Source: Basidiobolus ranarum (taxonomy: Eukaryota). From it: a DNA stretch of 36,682 bases. The stretch lies in contig JASJQH010006933.1 in the NCBI GenBank assembly GCA_040143965.1, forward strand, positions 1 through 36,682. The letters are read 5' to 3'. A model generated the notes under the pieces. That model was not told the origin of the DNA. It saw nothing but the letters and a program-made list of their open reading frames with translations, and did no database searches. Made by a program: the position numbers and the translations under genes. Shown piece after piece: positions 1 through 11,995 of this stretch; within the stretch, counting starts at the first letter, position 1, and each line of letters starts with the position of its first letter.

Positions 1-323
1 GTTCAGTCCTTGCATCGCATCTGCATGTATCATAAATATTGCCCCACCTGCCGCTACTGCTTTTCTAGTGTTTAACTTGGAATCAGTAAATCTTGGATAT
101 ACTTCCATCAATCGCATTTGAAAGGGATTCACCCATTTTTCCACTCTTTGAGTTTGAACTTCGTCTACTCATCAGCCCTTCCCAGATCTCTCTTCTTGTC
201 TTGATATTTCGAGTTCTCTTCAGTACTTTGGCGCCTTGTATTTAAATATCAGCTAAACCATTGGGTTCATTTATCTCGCGCACTGTATTTATTTTTGCCG
301 GTCTTTTAACCGCTCAGTCCAAA

Positions 324-1393
324 ATGTTCAATTTGAAGGAGAAGTCTCTACTTTCTTGTGAAAAGGCGAGCCATCGCAATGACACCGGATACTCATATTT
401 TTCGGTCAGGAGAATGCTTCTCTTGCCATTGATCGTGCTTCTATTCGGAGTGATTCTATTCAGCATAGTATTGTTGCAGTATTTTAAGGAGGAGATGGAT
501 TGTGGTGAAGGTAAGTTGATTGAGAAAACATTTCAAATAGGGAGCTACCCCTAAATTTGCCATTTCATTTAGGATGTGAAGTAAAGCCAATCCCAATACC
601 AAATCAGTTCCGCTATACCATCGTTACTGCAGCTAGCTCCAATCACTTCTGTCCGTTACTCGGCTTCCTGTATTCTCTTCAGGATACAAAGTTGTTCTTG
701 GATAAGTCTGAGATGCCTAGGGTTATCATTTACGATATGAACTTGAGTGATGAGGAGCGATCCAAGCTACACTCATTGAAAGAGCAAGGCTATCTTCATC
801 ACATCAAACGTTTCAACTTCCCCAAGTATCCGAAGTTCTGGGATGTTAATAAAAGTCGTGGTGAGTATGGCTGGAAAGCAGGGATGATTAATGAGGTGGC
901 GGAAGAATTTCCTGGTACCGTTCTGTGGATGGATTCTGGGAATCGAGTATTCCCTCATTTTTTACGTAAAGCGGTCAGATATGTGGAGGAGAATGGTTTT
1001 TGGAGTCCGAGTAGCAGTGGAACTGTCAAGGATTATACCCATCCCGGTGTATTCGATTATTTCAATGATGCTATGGACAAGTATTCCACTTTAAGAAATT
1101 GTAATGGTGCTATGATAGGTTTAAACACTCGGAATCAGACAGTGATGAACAAAATTATCAAACCTTTCAGAGAATGCGCCTTAGTTCAAGATTGCATTGC
1201 TCCGAAGGGTTCCAGTAGAGCAAACCATCGTCAGGATCAATCGATATTGACTTACCTGGTTCACGCTAACGGTTGGAAATGTAGTTCTGAGGGTTGGACT
1301 GGATATCTGATTCATCAAGATGGAGATTGCGAGGAACGCATCCGGGAACATAGCAATCGTTTATTCTCTAAAAAAATGTTGGCCAACTACTGA
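324..1393 (+). CDS. DUF1647-like (glycosyltransferase-like) type II membrane protein, 2 exons (324-510, 573-1393)
   Basis: ATG at 324. GTAAGT donor at 511 and TTTAG acceptor ending at 572 join ORFs 261-554 and 557-1393 in frame. N-terminal TM segment (MLLLPLIVLLFGVILFSIVLL). Motifs VTAASSNHF, YDMNL, WKAGMI, LWMDS, CALxxxCIAPxGS and HRQDQSILT resemble DUF1647 proteins. Confidence 0.75.
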
Positions 1394-1750
1394 AACGTAC
1401 TAAAAAAAACGGATGACTTTTATCGCAGATGCTTTAAGAGTTCTTTGGGATCCACGAGCACCTTCAATAGTAGATCCATTCTACTTCGTTCATCGAACAA
1501 AATGATGTACATTCACAATCAATCGTCATACAAGGTGCTTGAATAAAAAAGCTTCATTATCATTTACTGATATTACAATTGGGCATGGCATTCTGGGTTG
1601 CTACGTACTATCCTACATTACTATGTCTCACGAATCAATTGAGTGGAATTCTCCAAATGATGTTTATTTTAATTACTCGTGGATATTTGGGATTATCAAG
1701 TGTATATGCTGTTAAAAAGAATTTGATTTATATATTCGTTTCCTTTACAT

Positions 1751-2386
1751 CTAGCAAATCACAAGGTTGAGCAAACTAATCACAAGAATCAATACAACGC
1801 TAGGTGAAATCATCTGCTCGTTGCTACCCGACTGCTTGTTGGCGATGGGTGGGCTAGTCGAAGCAGGCTTATTGCCTATTACGCTCGGGCTACCTATACC
1901 AGTGGGACGACTATCTCCAATAGAGTTGGGACTAGATGGCATCGATGTTCCTGCGGTTGTAGGAGGTGAGCCAGTGGAGCCACTAGGCGCTGAGATACTT
2001 CCTGATCCGCTCTCGGAACCGGTGGCAGTAATTTCAAAGTAAGGACTGTAGACAATGTTTGGCGGTATCCCAAATCGAAGTGCATACTCTTTGCCAGGGG
2101 CTACAGTCGGTGGAATCGACCAAGAGTATTGTCCGGTGGCTGAGTCTGTGTTAGTAGCGATGCTCCCAACAAGTTGTAGTCCTGTCAATGGACCAGACAT
2201 AAGGTCAATATTGAAGTTAGCTGGCATCGGCGACCCATCACCATTATCCGTCCAGGTGATTATATGATTGGATCCAGCAGACCATATATTTCCCAAAGGA
2301 CCAGTAATAGCAACCCCGGCATCTACATATTTAGTTATCATAAACAACGTGAGAAGGGCGGAGGTAGAGGATGGGGGAAACTTCAT
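1751..2386 (-). CDS. Ser/Thr-rich GPI-anchored cell-surface protein with Kre9/KNH-like N-terminal Ig-like domain
   Basis: Signal peptide, then IT.P...W.AG....ITW / IDLM.G / G.YSW.IP / YS..F.I pattern, an S/T/G/P-rich stalk and a hydrophobic C-terminal GPI signal. Single exon. Confidence 0.85.
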   Translation of the reverse strand: MKFPPSSTSALLTLFMITKYVDAGVAITGPLGNIWSAGSNHIITWTDNGDGSPMPANFNIDLMSGPLTGLQLVGSIATNTDSATGQYSWSIPPTVAPGKEYALRFGIPPNIVYSPYFEITATGSESGSGSISAPSGSTGSPPTTAGTSMPSSPNSIGDSRPTGIGSPSVIGNKPASTSPPIANKQSGSNEQMISPSVVLILVISLLNLVIC

Positions 2387-2465
2387 GATAATGATTATAA
2401 TGGATGATGAAAATACGTAGCAACAGTGAGCAGAAAATCTATATTATTGCACAGGTGAAAGTTAC

Positions 2466-2473
2466 TATTTATA
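2466..2473 (-). promoter_or_regulatory. Putative TATA box (TATAAATA) of the GPI-protein gene
   Basis: TATAAATA on the minus strand about 80 nt upstream of ATG 2386. Confidence 0.45.
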
Positions 2474-4002
2474 GTGTGGATAAAGTGGATTCATACGCCA
2501 TATTGTAGCTTTAGTATGACACTCACATCGGAAGAAACATGTTGATATTTCATGCACGTCTCTCGTCAAAGGTTTCATGTTTGATTCATGGTGCAACATA
2601 GAATATCTACGAATTTTTCTGGACATTTAAAGTGAACTCTCATGACAGAGAATTTGTATCAGGCTTCCCTCATATTTTAGATCATGCTGGGAACTTATCA
2701 AAGAAATGGTAGTCTTCAGGTGATAATTTGAGGTGTATACACATATTCCAAACAACTACTTCATGTAAACTAAAACTCTCTAATGGATTTATATCTTAGT
2801 ATAGGAGAGCTTTGTGAGAGATGCCTACATTGACGACTATTTCGTGTAGCTAAGATTATGTTTACAGCATTTATGTTTGCTCAAGTAACTTTGACAGAGG
2901 TGAACTAGAGAGAAAATCTATGTTCATACAATACAAGCTCATAAACATCTCTATGAACGTTCATGTCTTCCGCTACTTCCTCTTAAACTTTCTAGTAAAT
3001 ATATAAACCTTTCTCCATTCACTTTTATCAAAACTATTTGTATACAACCGAATAGTGCAGTAGCCTTTTAAACATAAATTCCCGACAACTGGCTTTACTC
3101 ATTTTTAAATGGAATTACCTGTCTAATGAGTTGCCACACCCATATTGTTCACGTTAGATACCAGGCGTTTAGGTTTGGTTAGTTGGAAAAATATGCAACC
3201 ATTTAGTTGGGAATTTCAATGTAGACGAACGGCACAATACATACTTCAAACTGATCAAATGTCAAACAATCATATGGCATTTATCCCTAAAACGGCGTTC
3301 AGATTATGTGTCTCTCTTCTGCATATTGAAGCTCAAAAAGTTAAGTTATATAAATGTCTATGCGTGAGATCGAAATTACATGTAGTGATACGTTATACTA
3401 AACTGAGTTGAATCATGTTTTTACGTTATAGCTGCTTTCTGCAGTGACGAAGGAATCCTGCATATCTCATTGTTTTTGTTACCTGTCATAAAGCATACAA
3501 ATAAACCATCTAACGCAGGAGATTCTTTATATTAAAATACTTCGTTGTCCTGTATTTGATTTCAGACTTAAGTCCATACTAATTGGAAATGGTAATCATC
3601 ACCCCTACCATCAAAAATGAATGTAGACCAAAGTCAGAATTCAAAAAGCTAACGAATTCTAATTAATGAACCAAGTGCTTTTTATTTGTTTAATGAAAAC
3701 CTGATCCTGTGAATCAACTTTATGCATAAATGCAAGCGATAATTTATGAGTATAGCATACGTTTAGATGGTTTCTCTCTGGTAGGAACTACAATAAAGAA
3801 CAAAACTCTCCATAAAACCAAGCACTTGCGGGCTAGTGCAATATTATTTCTGTTGTTTTTTTCTTGGGATCGTCAAATTTATTTGGATTCGCAGAATGCA
3901 ACTATATCTTACAGATAACCAGTATACAACTGCTACCATTGTAATTGAGAATGGAATATGGTATGCTGAAATGAATTGCAAAAAGTCAATGTTATACCTA
4001 AT

Positions 4003-5035
4003 TTAAATACAAGCAACTACACCATCTTGCATATGACAGTTTGTACCAAGTGCACAAATCATTTTGAAAGCTGTAGCTCCTCCATTACCGCAAACTTGGA
4101 AATTTGGGCCTCCCAGACACTTGGCCTCACATGCAGATGCGTCTCCAGCTTCAGGGGCGGATGGCGTAGGCTTGGGAGTAGTAACAGGAAAATAAGCTTC
4201 AGTTGCTGGCTGAGGTTTCTTGTAAGATCCCCCTTTACCTGGTTTTGTGGCTGCTTGTTTAGATGGAGTGGCTGCAGAGCTGGTAGATGATTCTGCTGGT
4301 GCGCTATCACCACTATCGTCGGAAGTACTACCGTTAGAACAGGAAGTGATGATGGGTCGCTTTGCCATCAGATCAGACCCATCATAGCCACCATTGGTGA
4401 ACTCAGGGATGGTGGGATAGCCAGGAAGATCAGCAACAAGCTTCTTAGGCCCGCTAATGCACTTGCCGCTTCCTCCTTGGATGGTGATGTCTGCACAGTT
4501 CATATAGTACTCGCGATTGCCTGTCTTGTTGATCCAACTCCAGGCAAATGTCACTTTTCCGTTGGGTGCGTTCTTGGGAATGGGAACATCATAATGGCGT
4601 GCACTGACCATACAATCGCCCATTACTGTCTTCATCACTACAAATGTCTTCCCTCCGTCCACGGAGAGTGAGAATTGACAATGTCCACCATTGTGGTCTG
4701 CTCCTCCGTCAAGGTCAACTCCGACGGATCCACCAGCTTGGTAGGTAGCAACGCTAGGACCTGGGCCATAACCACGACAAGGATAGGTCCACTATTTGAT
4801 AGAAAGGGAATTCAATATGGTCAGTCTACTTGATTGTTACGCATGAAATGTATGAGATATGGGGACTTACGTGTGAATCAAGAGGGGAAGTCATATCATA
4901 ATCGATTTGGCCATCCTTGTAGTTCGGGTTAAACTTAGATTCACGAGGAGCCGGGTTGGTCATTTCCATGTGGGCAGCTACCAAGGTGCTCAAAGCACAA
5001 GCAGTGGCGAGAGTAAATACAGTTTTGGTGAACAT
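4003..5035 (-). CDS. AA11-type lytic polysaccharide monooxygenase (chitin-active family) with linker and C-terminal Cys-rich CBM19-like module, 2 exons (5035-4871, 4791-4003)
   Basis: Signal peptide MFTKTVFTLATACALSTLVAA is followed by N-terminal His (HMEMTNPAPR). In-frame intron 4870-4792 (GTAAGT...ATAG). Motifs YPCRG, HNGGHCQFSLS and FAWSWINKTGNREYYMNCAD. S/T/P/K linker and a Cys-rich tail. Confidence 0.85.
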
Positions 5036-6689
5036 GCTGGCTTTTTCGCAGAAAAAGATGGAGAGTGAGTTTAACAGAAGAGTTTTCAACCGGTGAAAAG
5101 CTTGAAGATGTTGGGACCTCATCCTTTCGAAAGCATTATATAAGGAATTTTTGGCATGATGTAATGCCTCGTATTGATACTGACCATTTTTTGTGTAGGG
5201 CAGTGTACTATCTTTGCACTTATTTGAGGCTTTTAATAATCTAGTTTAGTCGATATCAAAAACCGGAATTTCATGTAAAATTTTGAATCAATATCTCTTC
5301 CTGGACGGCTTAAATTTGGCAGATTTATCTTAATAATATAGATATCCTTTAAAAACTTGGTTTCAATTTCATTAATAGTAATACTTGAGCTCCAGGGTCC
5401 TGTCCACTTAGTCTTTACTCTTCCGGTAGTATACCAGTTTTGGAAACTCTGGAACTGGTCAGGATAAACAGTCTTTGGGACTATTGTTAACGCATTAGTC
5501 ACTTTGTGCTTGGCCAACATACATGAAAATTCTCACAGATAAGATATTTTGCTATTCACATGTTCTTTAATTGCCTAAAATGTAGATTCGACCTCTGAAA
5601 GAGCATTGCACAACATTCTGCGGCAAAGCCTCGAAAACAGACACTAGCAGTCATCGTGTAACTACTCTGATTATATTACAAACTTGATTAATCGGCGTAT
5701 TCTATAAAAATAGACTTTACTTCGGCGTCGAAAGCATGCCTCGGCTCAATTCCAGCTCGGCTATTGGGTATATTTTAAGGAATAAAGTAAAAAACAAAGT
5801 TCTGTCAGGAGCTTTTAACAATATGAATACATTGCTGAGCTATTAACATCACAAAGGCCAGTAAATGACTAATGGCATTACCTATGAGGCAATTATTCCT
5901 TTTTCTATCTTGACGAAAGGGGACAGTTATCCCACTAGTACATCTTAATTCCGATGGATTTTTGTTTATATTAATATACTTTATTGACACAAAGAGAGGA
6001 GCTTATACTGTAGATAGCATAAGAGTGAGCACGGCGTTACTCGTGATCTCTATCTCCTAGTTGAACTCCAATTTGGAATATTATTGATCAAGTCTGATCA
6101 TTACGTTTATACGATTTAGAATTGTTGCTATCAGAAATAGCAAAGCACCTTGCAAATCTTGTGGGGCCTATTTCTATACATTGTATTGTCATACTTGTAT
6201 TCCACTTTTCTAGTATATAGCATGTGTTATGTGTTATGTAATCATGAAACCGACAGTATTCCCTTTACAACGAGTCTATTTGATATCAAGTGAAAACATT
6301 TACTTCATCCTTGTCATTAGTAGCTTGGATGTGCTAAGAAGAGAATATGGCAAAACTCTGAAAGTCTAACAATCAATTGAATCTCCAATTGGGGAATGTT
6401 GATATGCCACGCTGTTATCACCTTATCCACTGTTAATCTTGGTATCTAAGCATGCACTCTAGCACTCAAAACCCATACAATGACATGAGTCACATTTCCA
6501 GTTTTGCAGTCACTACAATCTGAGAGCACGTTACCAACAGAATCAGTTATGAGTAACCCAATTAAAAAACTCAATTTGTTCGTGGGAATACATTGTTAGC
6601 TAGCTGACATAAGTATAGAACCTTTTGAATTCAATCAAGCAATATTCTTAATGTGAACGGCATTTTTTTTATCTGTGTAGTTGCATTTG

Positions 6690-8600
6690 TTAATCTTTTT
6701 TTACTCAAAATGAACAATTCTGGATTGAGTAAATTAGTTGACAATTCTTTCTCATATGGTTGAGCAAGTATAAGCATTGAGATAGAAGTCCAATGATTAT
6801 TATGTTCTACCCACTTGTAATAATTTCTTATCAAATGAAAAACCATTTTATTTGCCGAAGCGAGATTGCATTGCCTTCACATTGGATAGCAACGGTTTTA
6901 TTGTAGCACTTGGAAGATAGTATCAAGAAATGGTCAGAGAGTTACGGTCAATATTAGTATGAAATATATGCATCTAGAACTTTAGGATGACTCCACGTAT
7001 GTGTATCTCGGCTCCAGTTCAAGCATTCTGTCATATGTAATATCTATAATTATAATTGTACTTGGTCATAGTGGCTCTATATAGCACTAAATACGCTCCG
7101 AATCATTTGATCAGTTTCACTATTTTCCAATGTCACATTTTGGGGCACGATCATATAACTTGGCAATATTTTAATATTATGGAATTATGAGAAAAGATGC
7201 ATAGAGATATATTTGTGCTAAAGATTAAGTATGTAGTTATTCCATATTGCACTAAGATATCACTCACTATTCTCAAGAGGAATTTACTTAGAAGTTTGGA
7301 GATATACAGATTTTTTAAGCTTGTGCTAGAAGCCCCAAACTTTGTACACATATTCCTGGGATCTTCCTTAACCCGCCTTCAACGTTTGCTTGTTTACATC
7401 CTGACAAACTATAAACATTGCCTTTCAACCCAATAAAGCAATAAGTGAAAACCACCAATTCTTCTAGTTCTCTAAATCATATCCAACAAAATCCCAAAAT
7501 ACTTAGACAGTATCAAGTTGTAAAGATATTTGTTTCTGATATATTTGCACAACTTTATATTAAGTAATGTGCTCTGGGTGACAGGAACAAAAGCATCATG
7601 TTGAACTTGTTAGTGTACCTAAGCTGATGCTAATAGGTGTGTTCAAGCATTTATTACCAGTATCTCAAATCATTGCTGCAATGCTAAATCAGGTCTGCTT
7701 CTATATCAACGCATGCTGCTTGGGGCATTACACCATGTGCCAGAAAGGATGACGAGGAAATTCCTACATAAGCTGTTGTAGAACATTGGAGTATAATGTA
7801 AGATAGTAATTCCCATAATATCAGAGTTCTAGCTATATTCAGGAATAGCACATGACTTAATTCCAGTGTATCATATTTATTAACCATGAGCTATTGTTGC
7901 CAAATGTTAAAGTTTGGACCCACATAGTGGTTGATCCTATTATGAGCATACAATCCAAATGACTAGTTGGCATATCAAGATGTACCTGATGGAAGCATCT
8001 ATCTGGAGCAATGTTTGTATGTTATTTGGAATTCTGGGAGGTAAAATTGTTTTGGGTTCAAGTCTTTTATGAGTTAAACTTTGAATGACACAATCCAAGG
8101 TGAAATGCTAGTACAATTGTATTCTGGTAATCACTTGAGCCCTGAAAGGAGAACTTTTCTACAAGCTGCACATCACATCTATAGCATGCATATAGACTAA
8201 ATGGATATTACTTCGTCACACTATGTCACAACAAAAGAATATTCATTTCCATTATTTGAAGGGGCCATTGAATAACATGCTACCTGGATTTATGAATGAA
8301 CTCTTCAGAGATATGGAAACTGCGGGGCATTCACATTGGTATCCAAAGTGAATCTGCTAGGTTTGCTGTGATAATAGTGGAATACTCGATGTAGAGTTGA
8401 TGTTGATTGAAAAGCATTGACAATCCAAAAGGTACCTTCTAATTCTGGATTGCTTCATAAATCTCAAGTTCTCACCATTCAATTCACAATGCATGCTCTT
8501 TCTCATCTGGGAATGGCTATATTATGTACCCTCCAGCTAAATAGGCAGTTCAATAGTGGTTTATTGGGTCTTTTGATCACTTATGGATGCCTCCAGCCAA
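6690..8600 (+). mobile_element. Highly degenerate Ty3/Gypsy LTR-retrotransposon pol relic (RT-RNaseH-integrase order)
   Basis: Colinear decayed motifs in shifting + frames: FLLKMNNSGLSKLVD (about 6698; cf. FFVxKxxGxxRxxxDYR), LGNILIL (about 7159; cf. YLDDILI), LHPDKL (about 7394), ELL...KVWTH (about 7888-7923; RNase H), TAGH (about 8320) and SGLLH (about 8444; cf. GLLxPL of integrase). Many stops and frameshifts. No LTRs recognised. Confidence 0.5.
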
Positions 8601-8729
8601 TATTGATACGTATATATTAACCCATAAGAATTGAAATACTATCAAACCTGTTGCCAGCGGAATTGGGATTCTTTATTCATTCAAAACTGATGTGCGTGTG
8701 TTCATGGCTGGAATTTCCACACCGGTATT

Positions 8730-9867
8730 TCATTTAAAGTTGTTTTTCATCTCTCGCAACTTAGCCATAACTTCAATTGGATCGGTTTTTCCGACATTTT
8801 TTTGAATGGTTGGATCAGTCACTCGCATAAATGGGTTAAACTGGAGTTCTTCCCCGATAGTACTAGGCACGGTTATTGCTTTAGACTCGCATACAGCAAT
8901 CTTTTCTTTGAGCGATGTATTGTCAGGGTCCACGGATAGAGCAAACTATAGATTCTTCCTTTAGTCATAGTAAGTGAAATATCAACCATGTACTTACTTT
9001 GAGATTTGATTTGGTGTATTCATGGCCACAATAGACTTTGGTATCTTTCGGAAGTAAAGCTAGTACATTAGACAACGAGTGGTGCATATCTTCCGGTGTG
9101 CCTTCAAAGAATCGCCCACATCCACCTAAACAACCATTAAATTGATTACTATTTGGCCAAGTAGTGAAAAAAAACTAGATAGTTCTTACCGACGAAAAGA
9201 GTATCCCCAGTGAAAACCGCTTTGTCCTCTCCATCGGTAACATAGTAGCTTACACTTCCGTTAGTATGGCAGACAGTCATAAGGCATGTGACATTCAAGG
9301 AACCAATCTATTTCAAATAGAGAGTGATAAGTTTCTTTCTCTGTTGCCTACATACCTCCGAAATACTACACACCTTAAACATATCGTTGTCTTTAACAAA
9401 GTTGGTCACCTTAGCAATACGATTATCGGCACCGTATACTGCTAACTCTGGTTTCTGTGAAAGGAGTTCCTCATTTCCACCAGCATGGTCCCTTATGAGG
9501 AAAGATTAAAAATTAGCACTCTCCAGTCGATTGTGGAACTTGGAAATATAAAGTTTACCAGTGGTGGTGTGTGGTAAAAACGCTAGTTAATTTGACTTTG
9601 GCTTTATCAGCTGCATCGAGTACCTTATTAGGTTCAACCGGGTCCACTGCAATTGCCTCATTGGTACTTTCGTCGACAATCAAGTAAGAATAGTTATCTT
9701 GGAGAGCGGGAATGGAGATAATCTTCATGTCTACAATTAAGTGCTCGAAATTAAACAGCTTATTTTTAAGCAGGTGGTGGTATGGTTCTTTTACCTGCAG
9801 TAGCGGTAGTGTGAAACTTCCTGTAGGACTGTAAACGACTGAAATTTGGTAGAATTTTACGTAGCAT
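8730..9867 (-). CDS. GLO2: Hydroxyacylglutathione hydrolase (glyoxalase II), 6 exons, with N-terminal mitochondrial presequence exon
   Basis: Spliced product contains [23 protein letters not shown] (across intron 9558-9492), [47 protein letters not shown] and LREMKNNF. Upstream exon 9867-9795 and intron 9794-9731 are in frame with ATG 9728. Confidence 0.93.
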
Positions 9868-10894
9868 ATGTTCGACGGGCAAGAAGAGAGTGACTGTCAC
9901 TTGAACTGGATGACGATGGATACATGATTGATTCTGAAATTCGATTTATTTCGTCACATCAAGAATTCTTACGGGGTTTGCGAACCACGTAAATTGGAGT
10001 ACGAGCATGACCGAACTTACAACATTCAAGGGGGTGTTTGATTGGAGTATTTCCATTCTGAAAATGGGAAATCCACACAAATAAACCCTCTTGATTGGGC
10101 AATATGTGGAGCGTTTAGAAGAGTGGGAGTATGTAACTTTATCGTGCACACTCTATGATTTGTCAATAATGAGATTATGCTTGAGATAGATTAGCAAATG
10201 TCACCATGTCAATAAAGATCACGATATGGTGCTGGTGGGCGCTATTTTAGCCAAAATAAGTATCCCAATTGCGTCTGAGCAAATCAGACTCCACCACTGC
10301 CTATCATTACGAAAACATTGAGGCTACATCTAACATCAGTAAACTACGAGTGCAATATCCCAAAGCATCACATGTCTGATGACTAACCGAGTTAGTGTTA
10401 CCAAATAGGAATGTTTCAACGAAATTGGGTCATAGTCGACGATGTGGTAGCAGTCCTTTTTGGTATAACAGCCAAGAGTCCTGTTCGTTCAAGTTCACTA
10501 ACTCATGGCATGCCACGCGAGAAGCTCGAGTATTGGAAAAACTCCGTAGGGCCATATCATTATGATAATACTACAGGCAATCTATATCTCCACTACACAA
10601 AATTCTCCTTTATGCCCGATACTTATCTGGATAGGCCACTATGACTGTATGCAAAATTGAAATTATCATTTTCAAATGGATGAATGTATTATTGATTTAA
10701 CAAGGTTGAGATCTACATGAAACAAAATGATCACCTCAACAGTTACATTGTATGCTTTGATTTGTACTCCTTGCAGTCCAAGGCCAGAAAATAAATCTAT
10801 ACAGAAAGATACGTAAAGGAAGGGTGTTCTCGTATAGCTACAGACACAGTATTTCGGAGGAAATATTGTTAGTGACGGAGATTACCAAAAACTG

Positions 10895-11995
10895 TCACTT
10901 GGGAATTACAAGGATGGCGGTAAATAGTATTCCACAGCTCAGAATGGTCAAACCAATCATCCAAATGGCTAGCTTCAACCTTTCTCTTCGGATTCTTGGA
11001 TCAGTTTCTGTATCTAGAATATTCTTAGTCTTCCCCAGTATCGTGTGAAATAGTGGTCGCTTGTAAAGCTGAACTATATCACAAGCTTCCTCAAAATCAA
11101 GCACCTCTCGCTTTCCATTAAATTGATTTATCAAGCACACCCCCTTGATGTTCGTAATATAGCTTACAATGACAAACCCTAAAACGGGGAATACAGTTGC
11201 CCGCCACCATCTTTCCTGCCGAGTGATCAGTAGGCAGAAAAGGACCACACAACATATCATCAGGATAATAGTAGTACGAATAATACGCCACACAACTGTC
11301 CTTGGTGCGATATTTTGCACAGCAGAAATTCGAAAGTTAGGGATGGACGAGTTAATTAACATGGATAGAATTTCAGCTGTAGCATCTTCGAATACTGCCG
11401 GATTCGTAGTTTCCATTGCGTCTTTCAATAACCGAGTACGAATACTGCTACTGACGTTTACTTCGGCCTCTGAGTCCGAGGTGAAGTATTTTTTGATTGC
11501 CATATCTACTTCATTACGAAGCGGCTGCTCCGAGGATTTACAGCTGGAGATCTTAGATTCGATATCTTTTAGTTCATACTCAATTGATCCATTAGACATT
11601 CTTTGGATGGCAGCAATTTGAGGCTTATCCAACTCGAGTGTAAGATCTTTCCGTTCTCCCAGTAAATCCTCTGAAGAAATCGACGGTTGTCTGCGTAATT
11701 TAGAAAATGGATTTGTGTCTTCCTTACGTGATTTTACATGATACATGGATAGTTTGTGTTTTGTAGGTGGCAAGGATTTTTCACGCTCTTTGAGTGGTAA
11801 TGAATTGAATTTCTTACAATAGGTCAAGTACCATTTGTAGAAGTGGAAATTTTCAATACTATGCTCCTGAAACTGTAGATAACGTCGAAAGTCAATCAAA
11901 CTAATCGGAGATATCGTGTTGCCTTGTATAACTTCTTCGAAGAACTCCTTATTGGTTTGCCTCTGAGTACTATTGTGTTTGCTATCTCTCACCAT
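10895..11995 (-). CDS. RGS-domain protein with C-terminal transmembrane segments (Rax1-like architecture)
   Basis: 366-aa single exon with split RGS motifs (PISLIDFRRYL..EHSIENFHFY; YFTSDSEAEVNVS; PAVFEDA..EI..ML...SIPNF), followed by three hydrophobic segments. Confidence 0.8.
   Translation of the reverse strand: MVRDSKHNSTQRQTNKEFFEEVIQGNTISPISLIDFRRYLQFQEHSIENFHFYKWYLTYCKKFNSLPLKEREKSLPPTKHKLSMYHVKSRKEDTNPFSKLRRQPSISSEDLLGERKDLTLELDKPQIAAIQRMSNGSIEYELKDIESKISSCKSSEQPLRNEVDMAIKKYFTSDSEAEVNVSSSIRTRLLKDAMETTNPAVFEDATAEILSMLINSSIPNFRISAVQNIAPRTVVWRIIRTTIILMICCVVLFCLLITRQERWWRATVFPVLGFVIVSYITNIKGVCLINQFNGKREVLDFEEACDIVQLYKRPLFHTILGKTKNILDTETDPRIRRERLKLAIWMIGLTILSCGILFTAILVIPK

Noticed and set aside
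10200..10650. 77-aa ORF and a loosely repeated YHY(D/E)N motif
   Set aside because: Too short and weak to assign to a family.
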